Below, piece by piece: positions 59,056 to 64,000 of a DNA stretch of 64,000 bases. The stretch comes from Thainema sp. GTDB lineage: Bacteria > Cyanobacteriota > Cyanobacteriia > Phormidesmidales > Phormidesmidaceae. Every line of letters starts with the position of its first letter. The first letter of the stretch is position 1. The notes under the pieces were generated by a model. It was not told where the DNA came from, did not search any database, and worked only from the letters and a program-made list of their open reading frames with translations. Made by a program: the position numbers and the translations under genes. Location of the stretch: assembly GCA_052168235.1 (NCBI GenBank), contig JBQLZK010000030.1:1-64000 (forward strand), read 5' to 3'.

Positions 59056-60948
59056 CTAGTTTGCGACGATCGCAGTTTGAGCTTGATTCGACGGGGCTAG
59101 AGGAAGTTGAATTGTAATGATCAAGGTGCGATCGCGATTGGTGGCAGTGATGGTACCGTTTAGGCTTTGAACGAAGCGTTTAACTAACGCTAAGCCTAAG
59201 CCGGTACCGCGATGCTGCCAGCGATCGGATTGGGGCAATCGATAGAACCGATCAAAGATGTGATTCAGCTCTTGCGGCGGAATGTGAATGCCAGAGTTGC
59301 TGACTTGAATCAAAACAGTATCCTGCAGCCGACGGGCAGAAATCTGAATTGTTTCACCCGCTGGTGTGTATTTAATAGCGTTTTCCAGAAGTTCCCGCGT
59401 AATTCGCTGGATTCGCTGACCGTTGAGGGCCAGATTGTTGAGATCCGCTGCAAGATTGACGTGTAAAACACGAGCATGCTGCTGTAATTGATCCTGATAT
59501 TCACTCAGCAGTTGCTGGATCAGCTCCTCTAAATCTAGCTGTTCTCCCCATCTAATAGGCAGAACGGATATGGCCGTGTTGTCTGAGACGGACTGCCGCA
59601 GATCGCTATCATCAAGCGAAAAATCCAGCAAATCGTTGATCAGATCAACTTCCCGCTGACATTCGGTTTGTAGAATATCGAGATACTGCTGTAAGCGGGG
59701 CTTGATGTGTAACGGCACGATAGTAGTTGTTATCTGTGCCGAATCTACCGGATTTAATAGTGTCGGATCAAGCTGAGCCAACATAATGCTGAGCATTTGG
59801 GTGGCCATTTTAATGCTGGCCATCGGCGTTCGCAATTCATGGGAAATTGTGCTTAAGAAATCATCTTTAATCTGATTTAAGCGTTCGAGTTCTTTTACCT
59901 GAGCTTGGGCAGCCTGATAGAGCTTGGCTTGGCGTAGCGCAATCACGCACTGATTGGCCACCTGCTGCACTAAGCGAATGTCTTCTGCTTTAAAGCCGTA
60001 GTAGCTCTGATTAATCAGCCAAATGTCGCCAATGACCTGATCTTGGTCAATCAGCGGTACAGCCAGCAGTGCTGAGCGGCCTCGTTCGGGGTGGGGCAGC
60101 AGGGAGCAAAATTGAAATGACGTACCCTGTAGCAGCTGATTATAAAGTTCCGGAAATTTTTCCATCTGTGCCACTCGGCCTTGTCTCGATCCTGCCGAAT
60201 GGGTAGACTCGTACACCACTTTTGAAACATTCTGATCTAAATCATAGAGTGCTGCATTGCAGCCATATACACCAACTGCGATCGCAAGTTCCTCAACCGC
60301 TGTTTGTAAAATTTGCTGCTCGTTTAGGCTGTCACGAACCTTATCGGTAATTCGTTTCAGAGTCGCTTCAAACTGATTTGCTAGCTCCAGCTGCACCGTC
60401 CGCAGCTTCACCTGCCGCTCTAGGGACTGATTGAGGTGCCGCAAATTATTCTCGGACTGTATCGCATCGGCGGCTTCCATAGAGGCAGAAACCGACGCCA
60501 GCACCGATGATGATTCCGCCACATTCAGGATCTGGACAATGCTAAGCGGGTCGATCTGCGAGTCGTCCACTGGTAGCAGTGCTTCTTTAAGCAAAACAGG
60601 ATAAGTTTGGCCATCGGCAGGGCGATAGGTATAGACCATCTCAATCTGCTCAATTTTGCCAGTCCACAACTGATGGTGAAGCGCCGCATAAGTTGGCTGA
60701 TCGGGTGCTTGAATGAGTTCTACCAAAGATGACCACTGCGCTTTCTGCACGCTCATCTCAAACGTCATGCAGAACGCTGGATTGACATAGACAAAGGTTC
60801 CGTTGCGTTGCACAATAGCGGTTCCGATGGGAGCAAAATCAAGAATTTTTTGCCACGATGCCGTCTGCGTCAGCCAATCGCGTAAGCCGCTCGCTTGATT
60901 TCCTCGCGGGTAGCACTGTAAACGATCGAAAGGTGACGGCTTATCCAT
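59056..60948 (-). CDS. PAS-GAF sensor histidine kinase
   Basis: VYVNPAF PAS, GAF, SHELRTP, ENAIKY, FDRFYR, GTGLGL. Confidence 0.92.
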   Translation of the reverse strand: MDKPSPFDRLQCYPRGNQASGLRDWLTQTASWQKILDFAPIGTAIVQRNGTFVYVNPAFCMTFEMSVQKAQWSSLVELIQAPDQPTYAALHHQLWTGKIEQIEMVYTYRPADGQTYPVLLKEALLPVDDSQIDPLSIVQILNVAESSSVLASVSASMEAADAIQSENNLRHLNQSLERQVKLRTVQLELANQFEATLKRITDKVRDSLNEQQILQTAVEELAIAVGVYGCNAALYDLDQNVSKVVYESTHSAGSRQGRVAQMEKFPELYNQLLQGTSFQFCSLLPHPERGRSALLAVPLIDQDQVIGDIWLINQSYYGFKAEDIRLVQQVANQCVIALRQAKLYQAAQAQVKELERLNQIKDDFLSTISHELRTPMASIKMATQMLSIMLAQLDPTLLNPVDSAQITTTIVPLHIKPRLQQYLDILQTECQREVDLINDLLDFSLDDSDLRQSVSDNTAISVLPIRWGEQLDLEELIQQLLSEYQDQLQQHARVLHVNLAADLNNLALNGQRIQRITRELLENAIKYTPAGETIQISARRLQDTVLIQVSNSGIHIPPQELNHIFDRFYRLPQSDRWQHRGTGLGLALVKRFVQSLNGTITATNRDRTLIITIQLPLAPSNQAQTAIVAN

Positions 60949-61297
60949 AGAGTGTGAACGCTTTATCGTCCGTGAAGGCTGCTAGTGGTGTGTAGAAATC
61001 CTGATTTGAGATTCCGTCAATTCGATAGCGATGGCTCATGACGACTCGAAAAACAGCTAGAGAGCAGATACCTAAGGCTATTGTCTGTATAGATTTTTCA
61101 TTTAGTGTCCCCATATAACAGGCCTAGATCCCATCCCAAACCTAAAGAAGACATTTAATTTCATTAAACTGGTATAGATGAACTAAAAACAAGATTGAAT
61201 AATCCCCGGTCGGGACTCCCTCTTAATTTTTCGAATTTGAGTGGTCTTATGTTTAGCGACCTTTAAAGCCTGCAGCCGTTACTTTATCGATTGACAC

Positions 61298-62752
61298 ATG
61301 ACAAAAAAAATTATCTTTTGGCATCGCCGTGACCTGCGCTTCTCCGATAATCGGGGGCTGGCGTCTGCCCGGCAGGAGAGCGCCAAGGTGATTGGCGTCT
61401 TCTGTCTCGATCCCAAAATTTTGGATCGTGATGATGTGGCTCCGGCGCGCGTTACATATATGTTGGGTTGTTTGGAGGAATTGCAGCAGCGATATCGAGC
61501 CGCAGGCGGACAACTGCTGATTGTACAAGCTGATCCCACAATTGGATTGCCGAAACTGGCTAGGACACTGCAAGTCGATGCTGTGCATTGGAATCAGGAC
61601 GTTGAACCCTACGCTCAAAGTCGCGATCGCACCGTTGCCGATGCCTTAGAAAAAGAGAACATCACGGTCAAAACTGGCTGGGATCAGCTGCTTCACGCTC
61701 CCGGCGAGATCCTGACCAAGACATCGGATCAGCCCTACACGGTCTACACCCCCTTTTGGCGCAACTGGAATAGTCAGCCAAAAGGGGCTCCCTATGCGGC
61801 ACCGACCGGACTGGAATCGCTGACAGAAGCGGAGCAGAAAGCGGCCCAGGCAGCGGGTGTGATCGAACTGCCCAAGCCGGAAGATTTAGGATTTCGCTGG
61901 GACGGAATTATCCCGCTCAATCCGGGTGAAACGGCGGCTCAAGAACGACTGGACGCATTTTGTGACGGTGACCAGCAATCAGCCCGAGATCGCGGTTTGT
62001 GGGAATATGACGAACAGCGCAACTTTCCTGCTCATCCCGGTACCTCCCAGCTCAGCGCAGCCTTAAAATTTGGTGCAATCGGCATTCGCCAGGTTTGGCA
62101 GGCGACTCAGGGCGCTTACAGCCGTGCCCGCAGCGATGACAGCCGCGCCAATATTCAATCCTGGCAGCAAGAGCTAGCTTGGCGCGAGTTTTATCAGCAT
62201 TCCCTCTATTTCTTCCCCCGTCTAGCCGAGGAACCATACCGCGACGAGTTTCGCGATTTTCCTTGGGACAACAACGAAGAACATTTCCAAGCCTGGTGCG
62301 AGGGACGAACGGGCTACCCTATTGTCGATGCTGCCATGCGGCAGCTCAACACCATCGGCTGGATGCACAATCGCTGCCGCATGATTGTGGCTAGTTTCTT
62401 AACCAAGGATTTAATCATCGACTGGCGCTGGGGCGAAAAATACTTTATGCAGAAGCTGTACGACGGTGATTTGGCCTCTAACAACGGTGGTTGGCAGTGG
62501 AGCGCTTCCTGCGGGCTTGACCCAAAACCGCTACGGATTTTTAATCCGGCTAGTCAGGCGCAGAAGTACGATCCCGAAGCGGAGTATATTCGGGCCTGGC
62601 TACCGGAACTCCGCAGCGTTGATACCGAAGCACTGGTTACAGGTAAAATTTCTCCGTTGGAGTGTGCTCGCTGTGATTATCCCACTGCTATTGTGGATCA
62701 CAAGCAGCAGCAGCGAGAATTTAAGGCCCGCTATCAGGCCCAAAAGGGCTAA
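61298..62752 (+). CDS. phrA: CPD photolyase (deoxyribodipyrimidine photolyase)
   Basis: [48 protein letters not shown]. Confidence 0.9.
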   Translation: MTKKIIFWHRRDLRFSDNRGLASARQESAKVIGVFCLDPKILDRDDVAPARVTYMLGCLEELQQRYRAAGGQLLIVQADPTIGLPKLARTLQVDAVHWNQDVEPYAQSRDRTVADALEKENITVKTGWDQLLHAPGEILTKTSDQPYTVYTPFWRNWNSQPKGAPYAAPTGLESLTEAEQKAAQAAGVIELPKPEDLGFRWDGIIPLNPGETAAQERLDAFCDGDQQSARDRGLWEYDEQRNFPAHPGTSQLSAALKFGAIGIRQVWQATQGAYSRARSDDSRANIQSWQQELAWREFYQHSLYFFPRLAEEPYRDEFRDFPWDNNEEHFQAWCEGRTGYPIVDAAMRQLNTIGWMHNRCRMIVASFLTKDLIIDWRWGEKYFMQKLYDGDLASNNGGWQWSASCGLDPKPLRIFNPASQAQKYDPEAEYIRAWLPELRSVDTEALVTGKISPLECARCDYPTAIVDHKQQQREFKARYQAQKG

Positions 62753-62770
62753 CGTTCAGTGGTGTGAAGC

Positions 62771-62800
62771 AAAAAAAAATCCAGGTCGAAAGACCTGGAT
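62771..62800 (-). terminator. Intrinsic terminator between convergent genes
   Basis: A9-TCCAGGTC-gaaa-GACCTGGA. Confidence 0.65.
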
Positions 62801-62843
62801 AAGCAGAAGCATATTCTCCCTATGTGTCTAGACTCACAGATGC

Positions 62844-63233
62844 CTAAGCAAGTGTTTCCGGACAGTAACCGAGTCCCGATACAAACTGCTTGCGAAATTC
62901 TTCAATTTCACTGCCGTTCGGATTACCATGAGACACAATTGCCACCTGATAGCGACGCATAATATCCACTGGAGACTGGCCGATTTCCAATCCCCATAGC
63001 GCCATCCGAACGCGATCGCTGGGTTCGAAGGGAACCCCAACCTCATTGAGGAAAGCCCTCATATCTGCCTCGTCTTCTGGATCTAGCAGATGGCCAAGCT
63101 TAATCTTAATGATCCATCCATCGATTTGATGAATTACTGTCACAAAACGAACGGGCAACCATTTCATGTTGTGTAGGTATTCCACCACCCGAAGTGTTAG
63201 ACTCGCATTCGCAAGGTAGTAAATGTATTCCAT
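62844..63233 (-). CDS. Conserved-looking cyanobacterial hypothetical protein
   Basis: 129 aa; YYLANASLTLRVV...VIHQIDGW...GLGYCPETLA. Confidence 0.75.
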   Translation of the reverse strand: MEYIYYLANASLTLRVVEYLHNMKWLPVRFVTVIHQIDGWIIKIKLGHLLDPEDEADMRAFLNEVGVPFEPSDRVRMALWGLEIGQSPVDIMRRYQVAIVSHGNPNGSEIEEFRKQFVSGLGYCPETLA

Positions 63234-63424
63234 AGCGCCAAACGGGTAGTTTGTCTGAATTCTCTACCTGTATTGTCGCAACTTAGACCAATGTCTAACA
63301 GGGGAGATGCACCCGACCTCCATAAGGGGTTCCCCCCAATCCCCCAAATGTGATCCCGGTCGCGATTTCAATACTTCCAGCAGTTTGAATGAGGAACCAA
63401 CTGTCTTCTCCTTAGCTTCTACTT

Positions 63425-64000
63425 ATGACTAATTCATCGCCCAACATGAATCATCCTGAAGACCTTACTCTCGCGGCCTATCAGTATGATTTACCAGACG
63501 GCAAAATCGCCCAGAACCCAGCCATGCCACGGGATCAGTCACGGTTGCTGGTTGTAGAGTCATTGACTCAACATCAGCACTGTATTTTCCGGGACATTAC
63601 CCAGTTTCTCCAGCCTGGGGATTTGCTGGTGCTCAACGATACGCGGGTAATTCCAGCTCGCCTCTATGGGCGTAAGGTCGGGGGAGCCACCATAGAAATC
63701 TTGCTCTTGGAAGAACAAGCTCCGCTGCAGTGGTTGGCGCTGGTGAAGCCTGGACGCCGTCTCAAACCGGGGGCCGTGATTCAGTTTGCTTTACCGGAAC
63801 AGCTAGCCAGCGTCGATCCGCAGGCTGAAACGTTACCCAGTCCGATACTGAGCGCTACGGTATTGAGTACAGATGAGGCCACGGGAGGCCGCATTCTCCG
63901 GTTTGAGCTGCATACTGATGAACCGTTGGTGACAGTCATCGAAAAACTGGGACAGGTGCCGCTGCCGCCCTATATTACTCAGTCCCAAGCGCCAGCCGAA
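63425..64000 (+). CDS. queA: tRNA preQ1 SAM ribosyltransferase-isomerase (5' part, runs off the window; not in the ORF track)
   Basis: YDLP...IAQNP..PRDQSRLL, LVLNDTRVIPARL, GQVPLPPYI. Confidence 0.92.
   Translation, partial: MTNSSPNMNHPEDLTLAAYQYDLPDGKIAQNPAMPRDQSRLLVVESLTQHQHCIFRDITQFLQPGDLLVLNDTRVIPARLYGRKVGGATIEILLLEEQAPLQWLALVKPGRRLKPGAVIQFALPEQLASVDPQAETLPSPILSATVLSTDEATGGRILRFELHTDEPLVTVIEKLGQVPLPPYITQSQAPAE

Overview
Cyanobacterial chromosome segment: HIP1 GCGATCGC is abundant and nblA, an HLIP gene, desA and plmA are present. Bases 130-28201 are a complete ~28 kb integrative element inserted in tRNA-Thr(CGT). It is bounded by a 51-bp direct repeat and has TGATACCCA arm-like repeats at both ends. 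Its backbone is a tyrosine integrase, an excisionase-like gene and a primase-SF3 helicase that carries a mirror-symmetric iteron array inside its coding sequence; no capsid or conjugation genes are recognisable. The cargo looks defence-like: a type I R-M operon with an embedded PIN TA pair and YhcG, an extended HicB-like/HicA-like pair, a Panacea TA pair, a caspase-STAND-TM-pentapeptide protein divergent from a Trypco1-like gene, and an uncharacterised glycine-zipper + nuclease-like gene pair broken by an IS256. Bases 1-117 look like a TGTACA end of a Tn7-like (type V-K CAST-type) transposon at the distance expected for homing to the same tRNA, which suggests nested, ordered insertions. Bases 28.2-64 kb are mostly ordinary core genes (uvrC, thioredoxin, plmA, desA, pdxH, nblA, photolyase, queA and others) plus a GNAT-like/Rieske/SDR mini-cluster and many short palindromic MITE/REP-like elements. 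All family assignments come from motif recognition by eye; no database search was run.
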